A DNA stretch of 51,668 nucleotides from an uncultured Thermococci archaeon (GCA_964487115.1 CAZAPD010000016.1:1-51668); one strand, 5' to 3'. Positions 20,116 through 30,333 are shown, counted from the first letter of the stretch. Notes: generated from the letters alone by a model not told the origin. Made by a program: numbers and translations.

Positions 20116-20727
20116 TTAAATCCTTTCAAAGCGGTATATATCCACAGAAATCCTCTCAAGCCTCTTCCTATGAAAGAAAAACTGAGCGGGAATCTCAAAT
20201 TCTATCGGAATCCTGTGAGTGATTTTGAAACCTTGGTCTCTGGAAAATGCTTCTATAAATCCTCTAACTTCTGGTTTTGCCAAATGAAGTGAATACACAA
20301 CGCCACTGATTTCAAAGGCCTTAACGAGGAAAGGTCTATCGGCATGGGGATTTTGAGAGCCAAAGGGGGGATTCATGACGACTGTATCTACCTCTCTGTC
20401 AAACTTCAAAATGCTGGAGTTTATGAGCTCGATGCATCCTTCAAGCTTAAGTGTTTTGATGTTCTCCTTGGCGACTTCTATGGCATCTCTGTCTATCTCA
20501 ACTGCATAGACCTTTCTTGCTCCCAAAAGGCACGCACCAATGGCCAGAACTCCGGTTCCTGCACCGAAATCGGCCACAATCTGTCCCTTGATATCGCCGA
20601 AAGAATGAGCTAACCATAGTAGCTCTGCCGCAACATTTCCAGGCGTTTTGTATTGTTCAAGCTCTATCTTTGGATACTTAAAACCCCTAAGTTTCGAAAG
20701 GGTTATGGCCAGATGCTTCTTTTTCAT
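20116..20727 (-). CDS. METTL5-family N6-adenine RNA methyltransferase
   Basis: LEQYKTP, DFGAGTG, NPPFG and FHRKR motifs. Confidence 0.9.
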   Translation of the reverse strand: MKKKHLAITLSKLRGFKYPKIELEQYKTPGNVAAELLWLAHSFGDIKGQIVADFGAGTGVLAIGACLLGARKVYAVEIDRDAIEVAKENIKTLKLEGCIELINSSILKFDREVDTVVMNPPFGSQNPHADRPFLVKAFEISGVVYSLHLAKPEVRGFIEAFSRDQGFKITHRIPIEFEIPAQFFFHRKRLERISVDIYRFERI

Positions 20728-21101
20728 TTCCCTGCCCTCGCCTGTTTAAGTATCTCCTTAAGGGTCATGTTGAACTCAAAGCCTTTAATATGATACATCG
20801 TTCCGACAGTTGTAAAAACAAACATGACGACTATCAATCCAACCAGAAAGCCCATTTCGGCTGTTAATGCGACTGTTATAAGCTCGCCAGGCTGGAGTTT
20901 TAATATAAGAAGCATAGCTATAAGAAGAATGAAGCCCAGAAGCATGCTCACTTTTAGTGAGATTACAGTGTTTATTGACGAAATTGCAAGGAGAAGAATT
21001 CTACTGGCATGCCTGTAGGTGAAAACCTCTATACCTGTTTTGAGGAAGGTATAGTATGCTGCAATTATGAGTATCCATGCTGAGATCTCCATATAATTCA
21101 T
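20724..21101 (-). CDS. Small membrane protein
   Basis: 125 aa, ~4 hydrophobic helices, ATGA overlap with the METTL5 gene. Confidence 0.7.
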   Translation of the reverse strand: MNYMEISAWILIIAAYYTFLKTGIEVFTYRHASRILLLAISSINTVISLKVSMLLGFILLIAMLLILKLQPGELITVALTAEMGFLVGLIVVMFVFTTVGTMYHIKGFEFNMTLKEILKQARAGK

Positions 21102-21202
21102 GGTCGGAGGTTATATAAGGAAGCTATAAACTTTTAGGAAGCTTGAGGCATGCTATTGGGCGAACTGAGGGGTGCTTTCCAAATAGTATTCTCTTATTAA
21201 AA

Positions 21203-22237
21203 TTATTTCTTGAGGCTTATCCCCAGAGGTTCTTCCTTTTCTCTTTTTCTTCCATAAATCTCGTCAAATTCGTAATCATCTTTTAGTCCCAATAGGAGTT
21301 GGACCTCTGGCGGTGTTAGTACGGGTTTTCTCCAGTTCTCATAATCATCTATGGGGACTCGTGGGCATGCAACTACGACATATGCATCGAAATCGAAGCC
21401 CTCCAGAGAGGGGTAGCTGATGTAGTTCATTGCGATAAGTGTGGCTTCACGCTCGTGCTCCATTAAGAGCCTCACAATCCTTCTGGCCTCTGCAAGTCTA
21501 AGTTGCCCTTTCTTTGTGCTTACTATAACCCCAAACTTTCTGGCATCATAGGCTTTAGCTATTTGTGCCCAGCGTTTCCTTATGAGCCGTTCTACCTCTT
21601 GATTCATCCATGTAGCATCTCCACTGTAGGGATTTACTGCGAGGGTGGGCTTTTTCGTTGCTAATGCAACGCCAATGGGATGGAAATAGCCTGCACCAAT
21701 GAAAAGAATGCCCTCTGCATCTACATTTGCTGATGTGAAGTTACATCCAAGGATCTGCCCACTGAAGGATGTCCTTCCATCCCCTTCTCCAATTAGCACT
21801 GTAAATCCCTGCTTTTGAAGGAATTTTTTCGCGCGCTCAAGCTGGGGTATGTGCTGAACGGTTGTTACGAGGCCGATTCTCCGTCCCAGCTTTTTGATTT
21901 CATCGAGATTCCTCTCAATAGCAGGTATCACATCAACCCTTGCAAAAGCAGGTACAAAAATGGTTGGGACCTCAAGATGTAGTTCCATGTAAGAGTGTCC
22001 TAAATGAATCAATGCATCACATCCGAGCATTTTAGCTTCTCTATCTGCCGGATCACAGGCACCGTAGTTTATATCGCCACTTATTATGACTTCAATGCCG
22101 TTCCTCTCAAGAAAATCTGCCAGCTCCTGCGCTTCTCTCTTTAAACCTTCTGGAGTTTGGATGAGTACTCTCTCAGCCTTGAGCTCTTGCAGTTCCCTCA
22201 GTATCCCGCTCATTGGGATCTCATGCATGCTGTGCAT
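21203..22237 (-). CDS. dph2: Diphthamide biosynthesis enzyme Dph2
   Basis: QTPEGLK, YGACD, HLGHS, GQILGC and VACPR (three Fe-S cysteines). Confidence 0.95.
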   Translation of the reverse strand: MHSMHEIPMSGILRELQELKAERVLIQTPEGLKREAQELADFLERNGIEVIISGDINYGACDPADREAKMLGCDALIHLGHSYMELHLEVPTIFVPAFARVDVIPAIERNLDEIKKLGRRIGLVTTVQHIPQLERAKKFLQKQGFTVLIGEGDGRTSFSGQILGCNFTSANVDAEGILFIGAGYFHPIGVALATKKPTLAVNPYSGDATWMNQEVERLIRKRWAQIAKAYDARKFGVIVSTKKGQLRLAEARRIVRLLMEHEREATLIAMNYISYPSLEGFDFDAYVVVACPRVPIDDYENWRKPVLTPPEVQLLLGLKDDYEFDEIYGRKREKEEPLGISLKK

Positions 22238-22395
22238 GGAATCACCACAGTGTGTAGGTGGGAAGCGTTTAAATGTTCATCGGGTGAATGTTTGGGAGAT
22301 TGTTTGCTTCTGTTATATCCATGCATCATCAGAAAACTTTAAATACTTTGGATATTAATGATACCTCGAAGTCCGATGTATTGGGGGTGTTGAGG

Positions 22396-22725
22396 ATGGA
22401 GGATATACTGGTTGTTACAACTGAAAACATACCGGGATATAAAGTTGTGGAAGTTAAGGGAATTGCGAGAGGTGGTGTTGTTAGGGCAACTCACTTGGGC
22501 AGGGATATTATAGCAGGCTTTAGAAATCTCGTAGGAGGAGAAGTCAAGGAATACACTCAAATGATGGCTGAAGCGAGAGAGATTGCCCTGCAGAGGATGA
22601 TACAGCATGCGAGAGAACTTGGTGCAAATGCTGTTATCGGAATGAGATTTATGACATCCAATGTTGGGCAGAGAATGGCGGAAGTTTATGCATTTGGAAC
22701 CGCTGTCGTTGTGGAACCTGAGTGA
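22396..22725 (+). CDS. UPF0145 / YbjQ heavy-metal-binding-domain protein
   Basis: VTTENIPG, RNLVGGEVKEY, LGANAVIGMRF and GTAV motifs; start at ATG 22396. Confidence 0.9.
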   Translation: MEDILVVTTENIPGYKVVEVKGIARGGVVRATHLGRDIIAGFRNLVGGEVKEYTQMMAEAREIALQRMIQHARELGANAVIGMRFMTSNVGQRMAEVYAFGTAVVVEPE

Positions 22726-22765
22726 ATTTTAGATAAGCTAAGCATTCATCTCGGGGGTACAACTT

Positions 22766-24064
22766 ATGAAACATCTCCTGTTTTTATTTACACTTCTGCT
22801 ATTCATTACCCTCCCATTTGTTCATCTTATATCTGCTCAGACTCCTACCTCCAGTGCTTTTATAAAATCAATGGAAAGTGGGGAATATTCATATCTTCGG
22901 TCATATCTGACTCCTCAAATGCAATCCGCGTTTCCAGAATCCAAATTTATCGAGCTCAGAAAGTCTTTGATTGAAAAGTACGGTAAGTTCATCAATGCCA
23001 GCTATTCTGGTTCTGAGGGTAATGTTGAATATGTTAAGGTGGATTTTGAAAGAGCTTCAATAATTTTTAAACTTGTAATTGAAAATCAGAAAATAGCTGG
23101 TTTGTGGATTGTAAAAGTCTCTCGGGCTCATGAAGAGTCCGGTTTAACACCTCAGGAGGCCATGATGGAGGCTATTGTTACGGGTAATTATTCTATTGCT
23201 GAGGAGTACTTCAGTCCTCTCATGAGAAGGGTGTTTACGCAGGCACTCTTTGAAAAAACTCGAAACATGATAATACGGTACAACGGAGAAATTCAAGGAT
23301 ACTCTTTTGAAAAGAAAGTTGGCGATGTTTACTACTATAAACTACTCTGCAAGAAGAGGGATATCACGGTAACTGTTACAGTCAAGGATGGCATGATAGA
23401 AGGCTTCCACATGAATCTTTCTTTTGCTCTCTCATTTCAGGCACTCTACCCATTTTTCGGTGTGTTGCTGGCCCTTATTCTCTTGGGAGCGTATTTCAGA
23501 AAAATAAAAGTTGCTGAGATACTTTTGGGCATTTTTATATTCATCGTGGCCATAGGTGTCCAAACCCCACTTCAGAATATTCCGCGGATTATAGGGGCGG
23601 GAAACCTGGCGTTTATTGTATTGTGGACTGGATTAATAGCCGCTGTTGTGCAAGAATCCTTTAAGTACTATATTTCCCGGAATAGAAGCTTGAAAGGTGC
23701 TCTTTATATTGGAGCGGGATTTGGGTTTGTTGAAGGATTGCTGGCTGTTGGAATAATAGCGGTTTTTGGTGGTTCAGCATCCCCAATAGCCTTTCTTGAG
23801 AGATTCATTGTGCTCTTTTTCCATGCATCGACGACTCTGCTTTTTGCATATTCATACAGAGAAGGATGGGGAATAAGAGCCTTTGGGGTAATAACCTTGA
23901 TACACTGGATAATGGACAGCCTTACAGCGTATTGGAACATTCACCCCTCCATAGGCCTTTTGGCCACAATTTACATAATAACCGCTTTGACTTCAGCAGT
24001 TATACTGCTTACACTCGCAAAGAAAGCTAAGAATGAGGTGGAGGAAGCGAAGGTTGTTTGGTGA
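22766..24064 (+). CDS. YhfC/PrsW-type intramembrane metalloprotease fused to two DUF3887-like extracellular domains
   Basis: Signal peptide, two ~100-aa repeats, then TM region with QESFKY, GAGFGFVE, FFH and IHWIMD motifs. Confidence 0.78.
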   Translation: MKHLLFLFTLLLFITLPFVHLISAQTPTSSAFIKSMESGEYSYLRSYLTPQMQSAFPESKFIELRKSLIEKYGKFINASYSGSEGNVEYVKVDFERASIIFKLVIENQKIAGLWIVKVSRAHEESGLTPQEAMMEAIVTGNYSIAEEYFSPLMRRVFTQALFEKTRNMIIRYNGEIQGYSFEKKVGDVYYYKLLCKKRDITVTVTVKDGMIEGFHMNLSFALSFQALYPFFGVLLALILLGAYFRKIKVAEILLGIFIFIVAIGVQTPLQNIPRIIGAGNLAFIVLWTGLIAAVVQESFKYYISRNRSLKGALYIGAGFGFVEGLLAVGIIAVFGGSASPIAFLERFIVLFFHASTTLLFAYSYREGWGIRAFGVITLIHWIMDSLTAYWNIHPSIGLLATIYIITALTSAVILLTLAKKAKNEVEEAKVVW

Positions 24065-24422
24065 TACCAAGAAAAGGGCTTTAAAAAAGCTCATCAAGGA
24101 TTTGCGTTCGGGCCTCTATTCCTATCTGGTTCTTTCTCTTTTAGAGCAAAAAGGAGAGATGCACGGATATGTGATAAGGAAGGAGCTTGAAATTCTCAGT
24201 AATGGGAGACTTGTTCCAAGTGAGGGAACACTCTACGACCTCCTCAAGAGCCTGAAGAAGTACGGGCTCGTTGAGGACTTCTGGGCCGAGGTCGGCGGAA
24301 GGCCAAGGAAGTATTACAGACTTACGGATCTTGGAAAGGAAGTTCTGCTTGAATTAAGAAATGAAATAAAGGAAATTAGGTTCACCCTTGAAAAGATGGA
24401 GGGATTCGGATGGAAGAGGTAG
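24054..24422 (+). CDS. PadR-family transcriptional regulator
   Basis: MHGYVI, SEGTLYDLL and RPRKYYRLTDLG motifs; start TTG 24054 or ATG 24033. Confidence 0.9.
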   Translation: MFGDTKKRALKKLIKDLRSGLYSYLVLSLLEQKGEMHGYVIRKELEILSNGRLVPSEGTLYDLLKSLKKYGLVEDFWAEVGGRPRKYYRLTDLGKEVLLELRNEIKEIRFTLEKMEGFGWKR

Positions 24423-25186
24423 AGCTGTTTATCATTGTAACATTCTTTACAGCCGGTCTCTTGACCTTTGCCTTCAGAAACAAAAGGCAGTACTTCATAG
24501 GCTTCAGAACAGGCTATACTTATCAGTCCGAGGATGCATGGAGGAAGGCAAATACCTTTGCTGGGATATTCATGATGGTGTTGTCGCTCTGTCTCCTTGT
24601 TCTGGGGATTTTGGGAGTCTCTTTGAGCATGTTCATCTCTGTTATGATATTCGGTGTTCTCCTGCTCCTTTTCCTTGGCACTTTAATTGCAGAGAAATCA
24701 TATGAGATTGAAGACCTTTCGAAGAATGCTCCTGAAAGACCAACTGAGCTCATAAATGTCAATATCAAACCATACATACTCGCTCAGCTCTCAGCAGTTG
24801 TTTTCTATCTTGCATTAGCGGTTCTTTTCTGGGACAGGCTGCCCGGGAGGATAGCCATACACTTCAACGCGAGCGGAGAACCTGATAATTTTGCATCTAA
24901 AGGTGTGGGTATAGTTATCTTCCCACTAACGGCGCAAACCCTTCCACTCATGATGACATTTCTCCTCAGGCAGCCAGACTTTGCACCGCAGCTTAAGTTC
25001 AGCAGGAGGGGGTGGAGAGCTTTTGCAGAGCTGATGACACTCCTTGGGGTAGGAATAGCGACTATAACATCAATGGTACTCATCTACAATGCAGATCTGA
25101 TTCCAAGCAGCTGGATAACTTACGGTGTTTTTATATTCCTCGCTGTAATCTTCTTTGGGATATATCGGTTGCTCTCGGTGAGGTGA
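24410..25186 (+). CDS. SdpI-family membrane protein with DUF1648 domain
   Basis: IGFRTGYTYQSEDAWRKAN (SdpI) and LPGRIAIHFNASGEPD (DUF1648). Confidence 0.85.
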   Translation: MEEVELFIIVTFFTAGLLTFAFRNKRQYFIGFRTGYTYQSEDAWRKANTFAGIFMMVLSLCLLVLGILGVSLSMFISVMIFGVLLLLFLGTLIAEKSYEIEDLSKNAPERPTELINVNIKPYILAQLSAVVFYLALAVLFWDRLPGRIAIHFNASGEPDNFASKGVGIVIFPLTAQTLPLMMTFLLRQPDFAPQLKFSRRGWRAFAELMTLLGVGIATITSMVLIYNADLIPSSWITYGVFIFLAVIFFGIYRLLSVR

Positions 25187-25190
25187 TACG

Positions 25191-25913
25191 ATGGAGCCCT
25201 ATCAGCTCTTTAGGTTCCTCTACGGCCTCTTCCTTGGCGGCCTGCTCGTTTTTGCAGGCCTGCTCACATATCACCACAGAAACGAACCAAACTATGTCAT
25301 CGGCTTCCGCATCGGCTACACCTTCCTCTCGCAGGAAGCCTGGAGGAAGGCCAACGCCTTCGGCGGGATAGCCCTAACCCTTCTTGGGGTCGTGATAATA
25401 GTCCTAAGCCCGTTTCTAAGCACTACCTGGCTGATAGTCGTTCTTCTCCTTGGAATCGCGGTAATCTTGGGAGTTGCCTATCTGCTCGCGAAGGAAGCCT
25501 ACGAGAAGGAAGAGCTCAGCAAAGACGCCTCAGAAAAGCCTGAAAAGGTTATAGAACCGCCCGATATAAGAAAGTACCTTTACGCCCAGATAATCATGAT
25601 AACAGCTTATCTCCCCCTTCTTGGTAAAGCTTCCCGGGAACTGCTCCTGATAATGTTATTCATGCTCTTCATGACGTTTTTCTCAGGAAAACCGCTCATC
25701 CTCCAGATTTCACCGCGTTTCACAGATAAGCTGGCCAAGGCCAGCGCTGAGTTCATGACATTTCTGACGTTCCTCTGCTTTATGTCTGGAGTGCTAACCT
25801 TTTTTGGAGCCGGAACAGGGGTTGGGGTTCTCTTTGCCCTGATATCAATTCCCCTTATGTTCATTGAAATGTTCCGCTTCCTGCTGAAGGCTGGGGAGGA
25901 AGTATATGAGTGA
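25191..25913 (+). CDS. SdpI-family membrane protein (paralogue lacking the DUF1648 loop)
   Basis: PNYVIGFRIGYTFLSQEAWRKAN; shares the YEKEELSKDASEKP linker with the upstream gene. Confidence 0.82.
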   Translation: MEPYQLFRFLYGLFLGGLLVFAGLLTYHHRNEPNYVIGFRIGYTFLSQEAWRKANAFGGIALTLLGVVIIVLSPFLSTTWLIVVLLLGIAVILGVAYLLAKEAYEKEELSKDASEKPEKVIEPPDIRKYLYAQIIMITAYLPLLGKASRELLLIMLFMLFMTFFSGKPLILQISPRFTDKLAKASAEFMTFLTFLCFMSGVLTFFGAGTGVGVLFALISIPLMFIEMFRFLLKAGEEVYE

Positions 25914-25973
25914 AGGTTGAGTTGGAAGGTTAGAGGAAAAAGATGGAGGAGAAAGGAGAAAAATAAAGAACAA

Positions 25974-26849
25974 TCAGGCTTTTACGTTTTTCTCTGGGAC
26001 TTTTACGTTCTTTTTAATGTTGAAGTCAAATATGTGTATTTCATCGTAGACTTTTCCGACCTCAATGACCTTATTCCCATTCAGCATCATGGTGAGCTTA
26101 AACTCGTACATTGTTCTCTCGCTTATTAGCCTTCCATTTTTGAATCTAAGCTCAAGAATTCCATTCCAAACACTTACATTAGTGCCTTTCAGTGGTGAGA
26201 ACATTGCCATCATGTTTTTGAGATCCTCAGTGCTTATGGGATAATACAGGAACTGGGTGCCATTAATGAATTCAGTTCTGTTAGGCTTTTCTGTCAAATA
26301 AAGTACAGCAAAGCTCACGGGATTATAGTTCCACGTAAGGTTGGCTATGGTTGCATTATCTATCTCCCGAGTTATGCCATTTGTTGCAATGTATATTGTA
26401 TCTCCTACAACCACCTGATGACTTATGGAACTTCCTCCGTTTGGATAAACATGTGTTGTGCCATTTACTTCAGCTATCTTGTTTTCGAGATCGACATAGG
26501 CTTTTCGTTTGATCTCAAATGTTATGTTCTGCCTCTGCACTACCGTGTTGTTGACTTCGAGTTTGAGTTGAATGCTCATTGTAGTGTTGTCAGTGAATGT
26601 GAAGTATTTAATGGTCCTTGTCCGTTGGAGGAGTTCTTTCTGTGTGTATTTTTTTGGTGGAGGGCTGGTTGTAGTCGTGCTGCTGGAACTCGAAGTGCTG
26701 GTTGTTGTAGAACTTATGGTGCTTGTTGTGGATGTGGGTTGTGTCATTGAAGTTGAAGTGGGCGTCGAGGTTGAAGTCTTGCCTCCGATGCATCCAGCGG
26801 TTATGCTTATCAGGAGTATTCCAACAAGCAAAATTCCAATTTTTTTCAT
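25974..26849 (-). CDS. Surface lipoprotein with T/S linker
   Basis: MKK...TAGC lipobox, Thr/Ser tract, beta-rich domain with many N-X-T/S sequons. Confidence 0.82.
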   Translation of the reverse strand: MKKIGILLVGILLISITAGCIGGKTSTSTPTSTSMTQPTSTTSTISSTTTSTSSSSSTTTTSPPPKKYTQKELLQRTRTIKYFTFTDNTTMSIQLKLEVNNTVVQRQNITFEIKRKAYVDLENKIAEVNGTTHVYPNGGSSISHQVVVGDTIYIATNGITREIDNATIANLTWNYNPVSFAVLYLTEKPNRTEFINGTQFLYYPISTEDLKNMMAMFSPLKGTNVSVWNGILELRFKNGRLISERTMYEFKLTMMLNGNKVIEVGKVYDEIHIFDFNIKKNVKVPEKNVKA

Positions 26850-27171
26850 GCACTTACCCCCATCAACTTCTGAAATCCTATGACATTTGATAATATTTTC
26901 ATGCCTTCATTCTCTGAAGGTTTTATTTTTTACTTCTACTTAAATTTTTTGCCATTCTGGGCTTTGTTGCATGTTTAAGCAGTTAATAATAAAATTCGGA
27001 ATCTTCAAAGGGTGTTTTAATCTCCGTTTTTGGAATATAGTGAAAGTAAGCGATTTTTACTTACATTTCTATCTTTGTATTTGCAACATACCCTCCTGAG
27101 TTGTGTAGAATCAAATCGATGTTAATATTTAAAAACTCCTGATAATCTTAAGTAACTGTGGAGGTAATACT

Positions 27172-27978
27172 GTGTCTCTGGAGGATCTCTACCGTTATCT
27201 GAGATGGCGAATGGAGCCGGAGGATGAGAGAGCACAACTGAGGTTTCAGCGAATTTCAGAGCTTTTTAAATCTCTGGAAGGTGTGCCGGAAAACGGAAAA
27301 ATCCTTGATCTCTGTGCTGGAACCGGGATAGCTGGAGTTGCAGCTGCAAAGGCAACAAATGCAGAGCTTTTAACAGTTCTGGATGCCCGAAAAGAGGACC
27401 TTGAAAAAGCTAAAAGATGGCTGGAGATAGCGGGCATAAATCCCGAGCTGAGGACTGTTGTGGGGGATGTAAGGGAAGCTTCAAAACTCGTCGGGGAGCA
27501 TGATATTGCCATCCTATGGGGACTCACGATGCCTCACTTTGATCCATTTGATGCCGTCAAGATATTTGCCAACATAGCTCTAAGCCTGAGCAGAGAGGGG
27601 GCTTTCGTCATAGAAGAAACAGACAGAGTCTATGGAATTTTCTATAAGATAGGCTATAAAGATTTTCTCGTCGAGTCAAAAACGGAAGAATATACCCTAA
27701 TCTCAGTCCATGGGGGATATAACTTAAAGAGAGGTACCTTTAAGAGAGCCTACTACAAACTACCGGGCTTTGAAAAGATTACAGAGGAGGAGCACAGACT
27801 CTGGGATCTCGCATCGCAGCTGGCTATAGGAAGCATTTTCTTCGGAGAATGGAGGCTGATAACTCCAGCAGAGCATGGAATTGCCACAGTCTCTTATGTG
27901 CTTTGTTTCAGAAAACCAAGAAAAAATATTGCGGAGGAAGTCCTCAGAGGAAGTAAAATTTCGGCTGTCTGTCCTTGA
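27172..27978 (+). CDS. Class I SAM-dependent methyltransferase
   Basis: ILDLCAGTG motif I, VLD motif II, VGDV; RBS GGAGGT before GTG. Confidence 0.85.
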   Translation: MSLEDLYRYLRWRMEPEDERAQLRFQRISELFKSLEGVPENGKILDLCAGTGIAGVAAAKATNAELLTVLDARKEDLEKAKRWLEIAGINPELRTVVGDVREASKLVGEHDIAILWGLTMPHFDPFDAVKIFANIALSLSREGAFVIEETDRVYGIFYKIGYKDFLVESKTEEYTLISVHGGYNLKRGTFKRAYYKLPGFEKITEEEHRLWDLASQLAIGSIFFGEWRLITPAEHGIATVSYVLCFRKPRKNIAEEVLRGSKISAVCP

Positions 27979-28738
27979 AGATATCATTTAACTCGTTTAT
28001 CTTTTTATTTCTCGCATCTTCGAGGTTTATCTCGACCACACCAACTTCCTCCTTATCCTCACTCCCCATCGTCAAAACCTCTGCTTTTGGAGATGCTATC
28101 GTGCTCTTCCCGATGAACCTCAGACCTCTTTCCTCACCTATCCTGTTTGCTGTGATTGAAAAAACACGGTTTTCCAGAGCCCTTATTGGCATTGCTTTCG
28201 GTGCGTAGGGCATGACGAGGTTGGATGGATGAGCTATTATATCCGCTCCCTTCAGTGCCAGCGTTCTCATGGCCTCTGGGAAGAACCAGTCAAAGCATAT
28301 CATGACACCAATCTTAGCGACGCCAATGTTGAAAACATGGAAGCCCAAATTACCGGGCTCAAAGAATAGCTTTTCTCTGTAGAATAGGTGAATCTTGCGG
28401 TATTTACCGATGTAACCCCATCCAATAGGCCCGACTACTACCGCTGAATTGTAGAGCCTTCCCTTTTCATCTTTTTCAGCAGTTCCAGCCACGATGAAAA
28501 CTTCATGTTCTTTCGCCTGTTCCATAAGGAATTCAGTTGTCTCACCATCGGGAATTTGCATTGCAACACTCTCAATCTCATCCTTACTCTCAAAATTATA
28601 GCCTGTATCAAAGAGCTCGGGTAAAACAATCAGTTTAGCACCTTTTTCCGCTGCTTCTCTGATAAACCCCCCCGCTCTGCTCAGGTTTCTGTTCACTTCC
28701 AGAAACTTTGGCTCCATCTGGACATACGCAACTTTCAT
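27944..28738 (-). CDS. Nitrilase-superfamily carbon-nitrogen hydrolase
   Basis: E-K-C triad: LPELFDTGY, YRKIHL, ICFDWFFPE. Confidence 0.93.
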   Translation of the reverse strand: MKVAYVQMEPKFLEVNRNLSRAGGFIREAAEKGAKLIVLPELFDTGYNFESKDEIESVAMQIPDGETTEFLMEQAKEHEVFIVAGTAEKDEKGRLYNSAVVVGPIGWGYIGKYRKIHLFYREKLFFEPGNLGFHVFNIGVAKIGVMICFDWFFPEAMRTLALKGADIIAHPSNLVMPYAPKAMPIRALENRVFSITANRIGEERGLRFIGKSTIASPKAEVLTMGSEDKEEVGVVEINLEDARNKKINELNDIFKDRQPKFYFL

Positions 28739-29113
28739 GGCACTCACCAGTTTTTCTACGTATGCTTTATTTATTTTCTTTTGTGCTATTGTGTTATGTA
28801 TGGATATTGAATGGAGGCAGATATTTCAACGGTTTTTTTGGTCCATTTTCAGATTATAATCTTTCTCCTTTATGCTGCGATATCATCCAAATCGCAATGA
28901 TGATTTATAGCATGTAAAACCTGCGTATAACAATAAACATACATAGAAACTCCGCAAATATTTCCCTATGGAACCAAGCTGAGAAATGTTGAATTTTTTG
29001 AATAAGGGCTTAGCTTAGCCCTTTTTAAGTTTGGGATGTGGAAAAACCTGAGGAGAAAGGTTTAAAAAGGGCGGCATGAAAGCCAACTTGGAACGATTAC
29101 CGAGGTGATCATC

Positions 29114-29227
29114 ATGAAGAGAAGGCCAAGGAAATGGAAAAAGAAAGGCAGAATGAGGTGGAAATGGATTAAGAAGAGGATTAGGAGGCTCAAAAGGCAG
29201 AGAAGAAAGGAGAGAGGACTTATCTGA
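29114..29227 (+). CDS. rpl41e: Ribosomal protein eL41 (eS32)
   Basis: Not in ORF track; [59 protein letters not shown] at ~29061. Confidence 0.93.
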
Positions 29228-29270
29228 TTCTCTGTACGGGCCTTATGGCCCTTCCATTCTCCTCTCAAAG

Positions 29271-29927
29271 GTGGTGGATTTGGAATTTGAGATTTTTAAG
29301 AAGCTCTCTCTCATGATAAAAACTTCTCTCGGGAAAACCCTTCTCATGGCGGATCCTCATATTGCCTTTGAAGTCTCTCGCGGACTCCGGATTAGAACCC
29401 GGCTTGAGGAGCAACTTCTTGATTTTGTAAACTCGGAGGATCCAGATGTGTTTGTAATTCTGGGCGATGTGAAAGAGCCTCTTGGAATGGGATTTCTTAC
29501 AAAACGTCTATTAATGGGCTTTTTCTCTGGGCTTAGCGATGTTAGAGTTTTAATAGCCAAGGGAAACCACGACGGTAGAATAGAGGAGGTTACTCAGAAG
29601 TTCGAGAACATTGAGATTTCTGATTATTTTCTTGTGGATGATAGCCTCTTCATCCATGGTCATCAGAACCTTCCCGAAGTTGAATTTAGGAATGCTTATC
29701 TTGGCCATATACATCCTGCGGTAAGTATAAAGTTTGGAAGCACACTTAGAAAGACAAAATGTTTTCTGAGGGTTGATAGATTTTTGATCCTACCCACAAT
29801 AAATCCCTATATCTCCGGTTTTGACATTAAAACAGGAGTGAAGATGATACCATTCCTGAAGAATGCAAGGAGAGGCGATGCATACCTTCCGGATGGAATC
29901 TATTTAGGTGAGATTTCCTTCATATAA
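29271..29927 (+). CDS. Calcineurin-like metallophosphoesterase
   Basis: ADPH, LGD, GNHD, HGH and GHIHP motifs. Confidence 0.88.
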   Translation: MVDLEFEIFKKLSLMIKTSLGKTLLMADPHIAFEVSRGLRIRTRLEEQLLDFVNSEDPDVFVILGDVKEPLGMGFLTKRLLMGFFSGLSDVRVLIAKGNHDGRIEEVTQKFENIEISDYFLVDDSLFIHGHQNLPEVEFRNAYLGHIHPAVSIKFGSTLRKTKCFLRVDRFLILPTINPYISGFDIKTGVKMIPFLKNARRGDAYLPDGIYLGEISFI

Positions 29928-29997
29928 CTTGCGTAAGGCTTATTAATATATATGAAGATATACATGCATAGGTGTGAAGATATTTATGGGTGATATC

Positions 29998-30333
29998 ATG
30001 AGCGAGATATATGAAAAACTTGAGAACTTGCTCCGCTCCTTGGGATTGAAAAAGACAGAGCTGAAGATTTATAGACTGCTCCTTGATAAGAATAAGCCGA
30101 TGAGAATAACGGAGATCAAGGAGGAGTTGGGTATAAGCGAGAGAAGTGTCAGGGAGCATGTGCTGAGCCTCTACAGGAAAGGACTTCTAAAAAGAGAACT
30201 TATCCAGCAAGGCTGGCTTGGTTATGTATATACAGCGACTGCTCCCGCTGAGTTTTTAGAAAAACTGAAGCATAGGATCGTTACAAAGATAAATGAAATT
30301 GAGAGGGAATTAAAGGATAGAGATAATCCCTAA
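29998..30333 (+). CDS. TrmB-like winged-helix transcriptional regulator
   Basis: LGLKKTELKIYRLL and ELGISERSVREHVLSLYRKGLL HTH. Confidence 0.82.
   Translation: MSEIYEKLENLLRSLGLKKTELKIYRLLLDKNKPMRITEIKEELGISERSVREHVLSLYRKGLLKRELIQQGWLGYVYTATAPAEFLEKLKHRIVTKINEIERELKDRDNP

Noticed and set aside
22275..22335. Possible minus-strand C/D box sRNA (CTGATGA)
   Set aside because: No convincing C' box or terminal CTGA at normal spacing.
26880..27170. AT-rich intergenic gap with small hairpins and an RBS-ATG on the minus strand
   Set aside because: ORF stops after six codons; no recognisable homology or repeat array.
28896..28982. AATGATGA...CTGA as a C/D box sRNA
   Set aside because: About 85 nt apart, AT-rich, no D'/C' boxes.
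29062..29268. 68-aa hydrophobic minus-strand ORF
   Set aside because: Antisense to the purine-rich eL41 gene.
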